A stretch of 63,229 nt of DNA, filler included, from Octopus bimaculoides (lineage: Eukaryota), in the NCBI RefSeq assembly GCF_001194135.2. It is 3 parts of 3 records of this genome, joined end to end, with 100 filler letters (N's around TTAATTAATTAA, not from the genome) between each part and the next. Parts side by side here need not be neighbours in the genome. Positions count along the whole stretch, not along the records: positions 28,210 to 54,723 come from NC_069004.1; positions 54,824 to 63,229 come from NC_068986.1; 1 more part is not named here. One strand, 5' to 3'. Numbering within the stretch: position 1 is the stretch's first letter; each line of letters opens with the position of its first letter. The notes under the pieces are model-generated. The model ran no database searches. It worked only from the letters and a program-made list of their open reading frames with translations, and was not told where the DNA came from. Both the position numbers and the translations under genes were made by a program. Below are positions 49,261 through 61,300 of the stretch, in pieces.

Positions 49261-49990
49261 AGATCAGCACTTCTTTACACAACTGTCCTCATCCATATGC
49301 ATCACATGGCCATACCAGCGCAGTTGTCTCTCTTGCACACCACATCTGATTCCTCCTATGCCTAACTTTCCTCTCAAGGTGTTTACACTCTGTCGAACAT
49401 GCACACTGACATTGCACAACCAGTGAAGCATATCGGCTGCATTTCTCTCAAGCTTACGCATGTCCTCAGCTGTCATAACCCATGTTTCACTGCCATGCAG
49501 CATAGCTGTTTGCACACAGACATTAAACAATCTGTCTTTCACTCTGAGAGAAAGGTCCTTTGTTGCCAGCAGGGGTAGGAGCTCTCTGAACCTTGCCCAG
49601 CCTAATCTTATTCTCACAGCTATGCTCTTGGAACAACCACCTCCACTACTAACCTGGTCACCTAGATACCAGAAGCTATCTACTACCTCTAGCTTGCCAC
49701 CTTGGTAGTTGATGGAGTCTGTTTTCTGCACTTGTTCAGCATTTATTATGCCTGTGCACCTTCCACATATAAAAGTTAAGTTTCTCTGTTAATCTTCCTT
49801 TAATGTTGCTGCACCTTCTGTGTGTCCAAAGCTTACACTGGGTGCATCTTATGGAGTTTCTACTTACACCTTTTCTACAGATTGAGCAGGGCCATGAGGG
49901 AATTTGTGATTTGTTTGCCTTCCTACTAATTATAACTTTGGTTTTTGCTAGGTTAACTCTAAGGCCCTGTTTCCATACCTGGAACTTCTT
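49260..49990 (-). mobile_element. RTE LINE C-terminal RT fragment
   Basis: LEVVDSFWYLGDQVSSGGGCS...MLHGSETW...LRWYGHVMHMDEDSCVKKC. Confidence 0.92.
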
Positions 49991-50276
49991 ATGTCGTTAT
50001 TTTTTTATGCTGTTTGAGAACTTTGGTAGCAGTTCTCTATTGATCATGTCAATAAATTCAGTTTTGTTGAGTTCTCTCATAATATCTTCTTTTGCTTTTA
50101 TGATCTTTTCTTTATTGTTCACCTCAAATTCTATGTCATATGTATTCTGTTGTTCTTGAGGTAGGTCTACATTCTCCTCTTTTTCCACATCTCTGTTCTT
50201 TGCTATTCTTTCTTCAGCTTCCTCATTGGTATGTACTGCTCATACATTGGGTTCTGTGCATCTATTACCTATTTCA
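49990..50276 (-). mobile_element. R4/Dong-like N-terminal fragment
   Basis: KTEFIDMINRELLPKF resembles the acidic N-terminal region of this family. Confidence 0.45.
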
Positions 50277-50277
50277 T

Positions 50278-51992
50278 ATTATTATCATTATTCAGCAGTC
50301 TTATTTTTATCACATGCTTTCACTGCACTACTGAGCTCTGTGTGCCCTGGATATGTGCTGTGGTTTGTTGTGATGCTCTTATTTTTACTGTATTGAAAGT
50401 GTTTTACATAGGATGTGTGCAGTGCCTAGTTGTGCTATTTTCTGTATGTTATATATACTTGTTAGTCCTGGTGTTTTTGTTATGTATTTGAATATTTTTT
50501 TTTATTATACCTAATGTGCCTACTATGATAGGAATTGTTTCTGTTTTTAGATTCCACATTCAAGTTTCCTCTATTTCCAGGTCTTTGTATTGTGAAAGCT
50601 TCTTTGTTTCTTTTAGAGAAACATTGTCATCTGTTGGTATTGAAACATCAATTAGAAAGCATGTTTTTTCTTGATGATTTCTGACAACTATATCCAGCCT
50701 ATTGGCCTTAATTTCTCTATCTGTGTGAATTGGCATATCCCATAGTATGGTTGCTTTCTCATTTTCTGTGACTTTTTCTGGTGTGTGCCTATACCATCTT
50801 CTTTTCTGTTGTTATTCCATAGTATTGGCATAGCTTCCAGTGTATATAGATCCCAACTCTGTCACGTCTGTGAATATATTCCTTCTTAGCCAGGACTGGG
50901 CAGCCAGAGAGAATATGATTTATTGTTTCTTCTCCATCACCACATATTCTGCAGTTACTTGTATTTCTTTTCATTACATGTTTTTGGTAATTTCTGGTGG
51001 GGAGGCTTTAATCTTGTGCTGCGATTAAAAATCCTTCAGTCTCTGCTTTGAGTCCTGAGCATCTCAGCCATTGTTGAGATTTTGCTTTGTCTATTTCTTT
51101 TCTGTTTAGTTTAACCCAGTATTTGCTATGAATGGACTTTCTTGCCATCGTTTTATTATGATCCATTGCTGTTCCAGTTTTAGTTTGGATTTCAGTTGTT
51201 TTACAGCTTTTGTTGTTTCTTCTTTTTCTTCATAGTTGTTAGGTACTATGACTTCTTTTTTGTATTTGTCAGCTTCCTTAAAGACAGAAAACAGTTTTTT
51301 GTTTTGTTCATATTTTGTAGCTATTTGTATTAGTTTTCCTTGCTTCTGAAGTATTTCTGTAATCCTATGGATGGTTATTTTGTAATAGTTTTCCAGCTGT
51401 ATAAGGTCTCTACCAACTTCGATATGTTGTGTATATAACATTTTTATGTCAAATTTTGGGTGGTGCATCCTAAATCCTGTCATTATTTTTCTTGTTTACC
51501 TGTCTATTTTGATTAGTTTGTTTAGAGTCCAGTTAAGAATACTGTAGCTTTAACTTATAACTGGGACAGTGTTGATACCTATTATCTTGCTTTTTGCATT
51601 GAGCTCTGTTTACAGTATTAATCTAACTCGTCTGTAATATTCTTCTCTTATCTTCTCTTTCATTCGTGTATGTTGTATTGCATCTAGTTCATTGATTCTT
51701 AAGTATTTGTATGTCTGGCTTTGGTCTAATTCTCTTATTTCATTTGTTTTATCTAGTGTAATGTTGCTACTCTTAACTAGTTTCCTCTTTTGAAGGTTGC
51801 TTTGGCACATTTTTCTAAACCAAATTTCATGTTTATTTCTTTGGTAAATTCATGTACTGTTTGTAGTAATATTTTCAGCTGTTTATCATTTCTAGTGTAC
51901 AATATTAGATCATCCATATTTAAGAGGTGGCTGATTGTTTTCCTGTAACAGTTGTATCCACATCCAGTTCTGTTTAGCATGTCAGATAAAGG

Positions 51993-51994
<2 letters not shown>
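50278..51994 (-). mobile_element. R4/Dong-like LINE, 5'-truncated, RT to 3' UTR
   Basis: ISHLLNMDDLILY, MKFGLEKCAK, CRICGDGEETINHILSGCPVLAKKEYIHR, ANRPDI, LGTAHILCK, then 3' UTR; (TAA)n tracts at both ends. Confidence 0.92.
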
Positions 51995-52035
<41 letters not shown>

Positions 52036-52239
52036 TTGAGCCTTTCCTTTAATTTATACAAACTGTACCTGAGTTTCAACCAGAGATGTCAGGAGACAAC
52101 AGGTTTTTGTACCTAAAGATGCTAACAGGTGAGGTGATGTCCAAGTGTAAAAAAGAAAAGAGAAATTTCTTTTTATAAAATTTATAACACTGAATAAATA
52201 AATGGAGAGGAATTTATATAAGTCTTAGAAAGTAGGAAA

Positions 52240-52440
52240 GCAGGCATATCACAAATGTTTTCTGGTAGATGGCCCTGCTTGATCTGAAGGAAAGGTGTAG
52301 GTAGAAATTATGTAAGATCTACCTGGTGCAAGCTATGGACACATTAAAAGTGCAGCAATATCAGGGGAAGGTTTTTGTGTGTGAATGGTGCACAGATACA
52401 ATTTTAATAATACTAAAACTCTAGAGATGTTTCTATGTAC
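52240..52440 (+). mobile_element. RTE LINE internal fragment
   Basis: GGTAGATGGCCCTGCT...GTAGGTAGAAATT is homologous to ~30030-30140. Confidence 0.7.
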
Positions 52441-52508
52441 CTGAAATATCTCAGCAATAGTATATTTTTTGTTATTTTTTTTTTTTGCGTATTTATCTTC
52501 ATACTTAC

Positions 52509-52548
52509 CTTCGGCATTGCAGTGCAAATTTTTGTGATATTTGGACCT
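52509..52548 (-). other. Candidate 40-nt exon
   Basis: Minus strand TTTGATCCTTCTCATAG| and GAAG|GTAAGTATG (near-consensus donor); all three frames open. Confidence 0.3.
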
Positions 52549-52902
52549 CTATGAGAAGGATCAAACACAATTTTTGTTTGTTATTTTTTGACGAAAAAAA
52601 ACATGGCTTCTGCGATGTCAACACACATGCAGAGTACACACACATATAATGAATGTTATGGTATGTCAATCAACACAAACACATATCCACTATCTGTGAC
52701 ATATACACACACATAGTCTTCACGCTCTCTAAGAAAAAAAAACGTTGGCTTTTTGACGTACATGATATTTTAATAATTTTAAAATATTTTTAACAAAAAT
52801 GTAAGTTGTTTGTACAGCAAATATTTATATTTTAGCTTTCTTTAAACAGACAATATTTTAATGTTTTTTTAATTATTTTCAAGTGAATGGTGATCTTTCA
52901 AT

Positions 52903-53188
52903 TGTCATCTGGAGTTTGTTAATCTCCATAAAAATTTTTTAATTATTTACTTTTGTTTTAAAGTGAAAGAGAGGAGAAAGTGAAAGAGAGGAGAAAGTGA
53001 AAGATGTATGTATGTGTAAATGAAAAGGATGTGTGTGTGAAAGAGAGAGAGAGAGAGTGAGTGAAGGGGTGTGTTGCCATTTATACATACATACATCAAT
53101 GCATATGCGTACATCTTTTTTGTATGTGTGCATGTGTGTGTGAGAGAGTGAGTGAATGTGTGTATTCTTATGTATGTGTAAGTGGCAC

Positions 53189-53219
<31 letters not shown>

Positions 53220-53342
53220 TCCATTTCATATACACATTCATACATCTTTCACTTTCTCTTCTCTTTCACTTTAAAACAAAAGTAAATAAATAAAAAAATT
53301 TTTATGGAAATTAACAAACAAAACCAGTTGATCCAGATGACA
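52903..53342. repeat. Imperfect fold-back (~150-bp arms, ~130-bp spacer), possible MITE
   Basis: TGTCATCTGGA...GAGAGAGTG mirrored by CACTCTCTC...TCCAGATGACA, with indels and scattered mismatches; no TSD found. Confidence 0.8.
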
Positions 53343-53689
53343 GTTCTGAGTGACAAAACAACAGTTCTGAGAGTCAAAGTGAAAGATTGCTTGAAGGGAA
53401 TACCATTACAAAACCTTTTTCAAGTGCATTCAACGTATCTCAGCGCCAAAGATTTGGCCGCTATTTCTATCATGCCCTGTTACCACATAACAGCTATTTG
53501 CAATAAAAGACCTGAAATACCTGTTACATGGTAGCAGTGCATGCAAGAAATAGCAGCCAAATATTTCCTTTTCTGAGGAAAGGATCTGTTTACACGTGTT
53601 TTTGATGTCACATTTGTTGAAAGCATGTGAAATAACCTGGAAAAGAAGAAAAAACCCACAGGTGACCCAAGGAGTAATGGGTACTCTAG

Positions 53690-54300
53690 TAGGCACTAAA
53701 AATGTACAGAAAATAGACTCCATCAAATGCCAGTGGGGTAAGCTAGAGGTAGTTGCTAGCTTCCGTTGTCTAGGTGACCAAGTCAGCATTGGAGGTGGAT
53801 GCTCTGAGAGCATAGGCTGGGCAAAGTTCAGAGAGTTCCTACCTCTGTTGGCAACAAAGGGCCTCTTACTCAGAGTTAAATGCAGACTGTATGATGCCTG
53901 TATATGAATAGCTATGCTGGATGGCAATGAAACATGGGCCGTAACTGCCGAGGACATGCATAAGCTTGTAAGAAATTAAGCTAGCATGCTTCACTGGATG
54001 TGCAATGTCAGGCTGCATGTATGACAGTGTAAGCACCTTGAGAGAAATGTTGGGCATAAGAGGCATTGGATGCGGTGTGCAAGAGAGACTACTGCATTGG
54101 TATGGTCATGTGATACATATGGACAAGGACAACTGTGTAAAGAAGTGCTGACCTCTAACTGTGGAGGGAACCTGTGGAAGCAGTAGACCTAGCAAGACAT
54201 GAGATGAGGTGGTGAAGCATGATCTTTGAACGTCATACCTCATGGCGGCAATGACTAGTGATAGGCCATGCTTGAGAAGACCCGTCAAGCCAAGTGAAAT
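53690..54300 (+). mobile_element. RTE LINE 3' fragment
   Basis: KIDSIKCQWGKLEVVASFRCLGDQVS...WAKFREFLPLLATKGL...RLYDAC. Confidence 0.9.
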
Positions 54301-54324
54301 TGCATTTTCAAAACAGTGAAAGTA

Positions 54325-54440
54325 ACAGCACCAAAACAAACTACAGTACATACCTAGGACACACAGAGTTGTGCTCAGTAGTGCAGTGAAAGCACATGAT
54401 AAAAAAAGGACTTCTAAAGAATGATGATGCTAATAATCAT
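54325..54440 (+). mobile_element. R4/Dong-like 3' UTR fragment
   Basis: GCTCAGTAGTGCAGTGAAAGCA matches the reverse complement of ~50315-50340. Confidence 0.65.
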
Positions 54441-54723
54441 CATCATCATCATCATCATCGTTTAACGTCCGCTTTCCATGCTAGCATGGGTTGGATGATT
54501 TGACTGAGGACTGGTGAAACCGGATGGCAACACCAGGCTCCAGTCTGATTTGGCAGAGTTTCTACAGCTGGATGCCCTTCCTAACGCCAACCACTCAGAG
54601 AGTGTAGTGGGTGCTTTTACGTGTCACCCGCACGAAAACGGCCACGCTCGAAATGGTGTCTTTTATGTGCCACCCGCACAAGCCAGTCCAGGGGCACTGG
54701 CAACGATCTCGCTCGAAAATCCT
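54437..54723 (-). mobile_element. SINE family B (young, CpG-retaining)
   Basis: (CAT)nCGTTTAACGTCCGCTTTCCATGCTAGCATGG...GGATGCCCTTCC. Confidence 0.9.
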
Positions 54724-54823
54724 NNNNNNNNNNNNNNNNNNNNNNNNNNNNNNNNNNNNNNNNNNNNTTAATTAATTAANNNNNNNNNNNNNNNNNNNNN
54801 NNNNNNNNNNNNNNNNNNNNNNN
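54724..54823. other. Artificial 100-bp scaffold join
   Basis: 44 N + TTAATTAATTAA (54768-54779) + 44 N. Confidence 0.95.
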
Positions 54824-56084
54824 GCTGTAGAAAATATTACATTTTAAGAAATATATCCCGGAAATTAAAGAAAATTCAAAGGAAAAATTTCCTTTATTTT
54901 GTTCTGATTCAAGTAAAAGCCTTACCTAAAAATATCATTATGAAATCTTTTTTTCTTTTTGAAATTATCATGAAAAGAAAAATATCATTAAAAGACTTCG
55001 GGGATTGTTTCCGGAGAATTCAAAATTTTCTATATAAATAATTAGAATATAATATTCATGCCTAAAATATCTTTGGTAAATAGTATCTTTCCAATAGAGA
55101 GATATATTTTCCTTATTTTCTTAAATTGTTTGATGTATACTACATCTATATTTAATTTTTTTTATACTCCTTCTTTATCTGTATTAAGGCTCAATAAATA
55201 ATTTCTATCTAGTTTATAAGGCACTAATCATACCAAAGAATAATTCCTGCTAAACGAAATTAAGGAGTCGCCGAAAATTCCTGATGGTACAATCGTCAAG
55301 AATTATGAAAAGAAAATATCATTCTTTTACAATTTGCATCTGTTAACTCGTACAGATCTTCAAGTTGATTTTCTGACACAGAAGGTTTTTTACCGATTTA
55401 ATGTACTTATATTCCTTAATTCCCTCATTACCAGTTCTGTGTCGAAACACTATCGGTATCAGCTTTGCTTTTCATACGTTAATGAAAGACGCTCTACATC
55501 AAGGGCGTGAAACTCGTTTGGCGTTACGAGCTGAACTCAAGCTATGCTAGACCTTGTTGGTCAAGTACGGATAATTACTCCATACGAGCCTATTATATAT
55601 GATCGTATCTAACAGACCACAACAGATGAAGAGCGGTTTCAGTATATAAATGATAAAACTTTATTAGTAATAAGTAAAGAACAGAGTTGTCAGTACAGTT
55701 TGCGCGCAGGGATATGCTAAAGAAACCCATCCATAAGGTATATATAAGTCCAATTAAGTAAGAGTTGCTAGAGAGAGAATTGTTAGAGACAGAACGAAAA
55801 AATGACCCAAATAATTGTATACAGTTCTTGAGAAATCTCAGTTTCATAGTGAGCTTGCACTGTTTTAATTTCAAAACTTGTTAATATCGATCATATCACT
55901 AGAATGACAACGAACACATACATAAGCTTGAAAAAAAAAAAACAAGCACAAAAGGTGGGAAAACTTTAGTTTAGCCCAGCGTATATCGTTAAAATTTTTT
56001 GATGGTCGAGAAATCAAAACCCTCCGAATGCTTCTATATTTTAAAGAATATTTCAAAATTTAATAATAATCATTTTTATTAAAG

Positions 56085-56447
56085 GCACAGGGTCTAACAT
56101 TTGGCGGGAGGAGACTAGTCGATTAATTCGAATCCATTATTCAATTGGTAATTATCCCATCAATCCTGAAAGGATGAAAAGGCAACTGAAAGGATGAAAG
56201 GACATCGGCGGCATTTGAACTCAGAACGTAGAGTCGGAAGAAATGCCGCTACTCATTTTCCCGGTGCGGTAACGATTCTGCCAGCTCGCCAACTTCAGTA
56301 ATAATAATAATAATAATAATTATAATAATAATAATAATAATAATAATAATGGTGATGATGATAATGATGATGGTGGTGATGGTGGTGATGATGGTGATGA
56401 TGATGATGATGATGGTGATGGTGGTGATGATGGTGATGATGATGATG

Positions 56448-56494
<47 letters not shown>

Positions 56495-56850
56495 TCTTAC
56501 TACTGGATGCCAAGGCCTCAATTTCGAGGGAAGGGATTAAGTCGATTACGTCTACCCCAGTGCGCAACTGATACTTATTTATTTGACCCCGAAAGGATGA
56601 AAGGCAAAGTCGACCTCGGCAGAATTTGAACTCAGAAGGTAAGGACGGACGAAATGCCGCAAAGCATTTTCCCCGGAATGCTAACAGTTCTGCCAGCTCA
56701 CCGTCTTAATAATAGTATTAATATCGGTTTCAAATTTTGGCTCTAGGCCAGTAAGTTCGAGGGAGGGATTAATTTGATTACATCGACCCCTGTGATAAAC
56801 TGGTACATATTTTATCGACCCAGAAAGGGTGAAAGGCAAATTGGCCCTCA
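56085..56850 (-). mobile_element. Three tandem family A SINE copies with a long (AAT)/(GAT)/(GGT) microsatellite between the first two
   Basis: GAAAGGATGAAAGGCAAAGTCGAC-like and TTTGAACTCAGAA motifs recur; heads at ~56290 and ~56700; microsatellite at 56297-56495. Confidence 0.85.
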
Positions 56851-57659
56851 GTGGATCAATAACTCGTATAGCGTGATTGTCTATGTACTCGTTCCTTCTA
56901 CTAGGAAAAACAGCTTGATTTCCTTCAAATGATACTGAACAACCATAAAGAACGAACGGTTCTACTGTAAGTATCTTCTTACCAAATTTCACTGACACGC
57001 TGTTGACGAAATCGAGGCAACAACTGGACACCCTCCCAAGGTACCACGTGGTGAGATCGAACATATACATAACATGGTTGCAAAGCGAACTTCTTAACTA
57101 TGTACCCATGCTTGCTGGGCAACCAGGCAGTTTTAGTGGTCACCTGTGCTGCTTGAAATAACAAACTAATCTTCCTCAAATCACAACCTGCTTTCTTAAA
57201 AGCGGAAGGATTCACTGCTGGTATTTAAATGTAACTCAATGTAAACAAAGCGTGAAAATAAAGTCCGGTATAGTCGTTTGTTAGAACTTCTTTTGATTAT
57301 ACGTGTTTCCATACCTTATCTGGGGTTAACCTGACAAAATGAATAGCAACAAGAAACACAACAATAAGCTGAGATTAGGTAATGCTGTACATAGAAAATG
57401 TCTTATAAAAACAGAATTAATCACAGTTACAACGATTTTGATCATAGCGGTACTCAAGGCCTACCTGGGGATAAACAACACCACTACCATTACCGGAAAA
57501 GCCAGTAACAGCAACAACAAGCACAACAACAATATGGTAGAGTGCATTGGATAATGTAGTGTTGCATATATTAAACTTGGGAACAAGAGAGGGCGTTCGC
57601 GTCAGGAACATATTTGATCATAGAATTATTTCGTTCGGGATGACGTAGTACAAAGCAAT

Positions 57660-57701
57660 CAAAACAACAACAACAACAACAACTACTACTACTACTACTA
57701 T

Positions 57702-57732
<31 letters not shown>

Positions 57733-57733
57733 G
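57660..57733. repeat. (CAA)n(CTA)n microsatellite
   Basis: Directly visible. Confidence 0.95.
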
Positions 57734-58209
57734 TTACGTTTTTAAAGAAGTTCCCGTAAGGAAGTACGCCACGACTGGCGCAATCAATTATGTTGTTTGT
57801 GAAACAATTGGACTTGTGCCTGGTTACAAAAATCAATATTATTTTGCTCTTGTAGAAAACCAAACTAAAAGCAAGATTTTATATATATATATATATNNNN
57901 NNNNNNNNNNNNNNNNNNNNNNNNNNNNNNNNNNNNNNNNNNNNNNNNNNNNNNNNNNNNNNNNNNNNNNNNNNNNNNNNNNNNNNNNNNNNNNNNNNNN
58001 NNNNTCACACACACACACATGAGAAATGTCAGTTTAAAATTGGAATCAAAAGAAATATTTATTATGGGGAGATATAAGAGATCAGAAAATGGTAATTAAA
58101 AAAAAATGGAAAAAATCTGATACCTTTTAATTATAGTGTTCCTACTTTTTATCAATAATTTTCACAGGATTCTAATAACATTTCATATGAAATGTCGTTA
58201 TGCACACGC

Positions 58210-58259
<50 letters not shown>

Positions 58260-58493
58260 ATGTAATGTTTACGAAGAAATTTGTAGAGATATAAATCATC
58301 TCTGTCCATCATTACTATCGTAACGTTATTATCGTAGTAAACATATTTGCTATAGCGATTTTATAAATCGTTTTCATTTTTAATAATGAACATATTTCCA
58401 ATTGCATCAAGACGTATATTTGCTTTCTCGCCATCATCAAGAGCAGAACCAAACTGAGCATTAACCGCGTTAATGTAATGTATATTTATTTAT

Positions 58494-58676
58494 AAGGCAG
58501 CAAGCTGGTAGGATCGTTTCGTCCGTCTTTGCCTTCTAAATTCAAATTCTGCCGTCGTTTACTTTGCCTTTCATCATTTTGAGTTCGATTAAACAAGTAC
58601 CAGTTGAGTATTCGCGTCGATATAATCCACCAGCCCGCTTCCCGAAATTGCTGGCTTTGCGCCAAAATTTGAAACC
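58494..58676 (+). mobile_element. tRNA-derived SINE (family A)
   Basis: AGGCAGCAAGCTGGTAGGATCG head; TTTGCCTTTCATC; GGCTTTGCGCCAAAATTTGAAACC tail. Confidence 0.75.
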
Positions 58677-58879
58677 AATATAGCGCATACCTATATTCCT
58701 TTCCAAAATTTACAAGGTGTCAGAAATGGTTATTGCCCATCTGGAGCTAAATACCAAAATAAATCAACGACGGGGCCTATATGCAGTTATTCGACTTCCT
58801 AGAACAAACAGCAATATCCCTTTCAAACTGCATTCTGTCATGGTGGTTTAGAATTTTAGACAAGACCATAGGTTTCAAA

Positions 58880-59025
58880 GGGAAGGGTTTATTCGATTAA
58901 ATCAACCCCTGTCCTTGTCGCGTACTTTATCTTGTCGATAACGAAAAGAAAAAAGCCTAATTTGACTGCGGCGAAATTTGAACTCAAAGTATAAAGCTGG
59001 ATGAAATGCCGTTAAGCAAACACAC
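58880..59025 (-). mobile_element. tRNA-derived SINE (family A), degenerate
   Basis: GCGAAATTTGAACTCAAAG...GAAATGCCGTTAAGCA is the reversed family A body. Confidence 0.6.
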
Positions 59026-59110
<85 letters not shown>

Positions 59111-59659
59111 TATATATATATATATATACACTTTCGTGTCTAAAGCCATATTGAACACGCCCGATTATATCTGAACCACATATTTTAGGGGACTGTGAAG
59201 GACATCATCGTATCATAAAACACACATTTACACAAGCACACACACACACACATTATTATTATATACATATATTAATCTATGTGCTTTGTGTATTTAGCGA
59301 TGGCTGCAACGATGTGGTGGAGTATATAACTCTCAAGTCACCGGCGTTAAAAGGCAACTCAGAGTCATGGACAAACAGAATAACTCACCTTCAATCACAT
59401 TTGGGAGAGATGGACATCGATGTTTCGTCGTTTCTGTGACTTTTCAACACTGCGTATCCACTTAGATTGAAAGGAAGTCATCTAGCCAGTCGAACGACTT
59501 GTATGTTCATGGCTTATAAACTCATGAGCTGCTATGCCCGGAAATTGCATAGCTAAGAGAAAATTTACATTTGAAGTCAAAGCAGTTGTAGTATAATAAA
59601 TATTATTAAATGCATATTCCAATGTATAACCATTGTGTATTTTCCGGTGGCTACAATGG

Positions 59660-59885
59660 CGTAGCAGAGTATGTAACTCTCAAACCGCTGTTCCGATCAT
59701 AAGATCTTACGTTCAATTTCTGCACTCTATCCTTAGGCAAGACACTTAATTTCTTGTCGTTCCAATCACATCAGCTGCAAATGAGCAAGCTTGCGGCGAA
59801 CTAGGATCCTGCTTGCGAGAAATGCTGTTATCACGATCAATTATGCTCCATGGAAACTGAGCAACTGGCCCTAAAAATAGGGTTG
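59660..59885 (+). mobile_element. SINE family E, degenerate, (GAT)n tail
   Basis: CCTTAGGCAAGACACTTAATTTC...CATCAGCTGCAAATGAG. Confidence 0.55.
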
Positions 59886-60529
59886 ATGATGATATTGATG
59901 ATGATAATGATGATAATGATGACGACGACGGTGATGATGATGATGATGATGATCTGTTTATAGTACAGCCCCCATTTTTCCGGTGACATGAAATATATGA
60001 CAGGCGTCTCATTTCAGACAGAGACCCATTTCACTTCACTTGTATTCACGTCAATATTATAAATTTCGTATCCACTTTACCTAAAATCGATATTCATAAT
60101 CATCCGTTGATGGATTGTGTTCAATCAAAACAAACAAGCAGAAAATATAACTATTTCATTCAGGAAGACAAAGTGATGTTTAATACTTTCCGCTTCTCGC
60201 GCATGAGTTAAAAAAAACAAAAAAACAAACAAATGAGATTTTACTCAACGTAGGCTTACACTGAAATAAAGTACAAATGCACGTAATGTTCTTTTGTATC
60301 TAAACACTCAAAAGCGCGCCCACTCGCATAAACATACACACATCTATACGCGCAATTATATGCGGAAGCACAGACACAGGTATACATATTATGTACGTAT
60401 GTATATAAGTGTGTATATATATATATATTTATATACTTATATAATACTTATGTTTGATATTTGTAGAAAACACATCTGCACAAACACACATAAACATATT
60501 ATCACGGATAAGTAAATGGAGAAACATGT

Positions 60530-60531
60530 GC

Positions 60532-60563
<32 letters not shown>

Positions 60564-60578
60564 ATGTGTGTGTGTGTG

Positions 60579-60635
<57 letters not shown>

Positions 60636-61076
60636 ATATATATATATATATATATATATAAGCAAAGGTGTGTTTTTTTGTGTATGTCAATATGTGCATG
60701 TGTATATATACGCATATATGCATATATTATACACACATATCTAGATATACATAGACACACATACACACACACATTCATATATTATTAGACACAGATACAC
60801 GGATGTGTATACGAAGGTATTTGTTTGGGTGACTATATACATTACATAAATAAATGCATGTTTATGTCTATACATATGCATAAATTTCAAGACTGTATGA
60901 ATCCATCTGCTCTGATATTTAGTAGAAAGTCTCAAAGAGCAGAAAACTTTTTTGAAACTAAGTCAACCATTATCTTTTTGTGAAGCAGTAATGGATATTT
61001 TTCAATCTTTTATAATAAAGTAGAATGTCTTAAGAATATCGACTAATCCACAGCTCGTATTAGGAGGATTTCGTTG

Positions 61077-61136
<60 letters not shown>

Positions 61137-61206
61137 ATCATTATTGTTATTGTTTTCTTGTTTTGTTTTTTTTTCTTTTTCTTCTTGTCATTATCATTTT
61201 CTTGCT

Positions 61207-61275
<69 letters not shown>

Positions 61276-61300
61276 TTATTTTTATTATTATCATTTTTAT
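60530..61300. repeat. Microsatellite cluster (TA)n,(GT)n,(TATC)n,(ATT)n
   Basis: Directly visible; source of the poly-I/Y/L ORFs. Confidence 0.9.

Noticed and set aside
55480-55720. Protein-like frames (MKDALHQGRETRLALRAELKLC; TTTDEERFQYINDKTLL...)
   Set aside because: Short, stop-terminated, no donor/acceptor pairing and no recognised homology.
56249-56567. Poly-His/Ile/Met ORFs
   Set aside because: Trinucleotide microsatellite between SINE copies.
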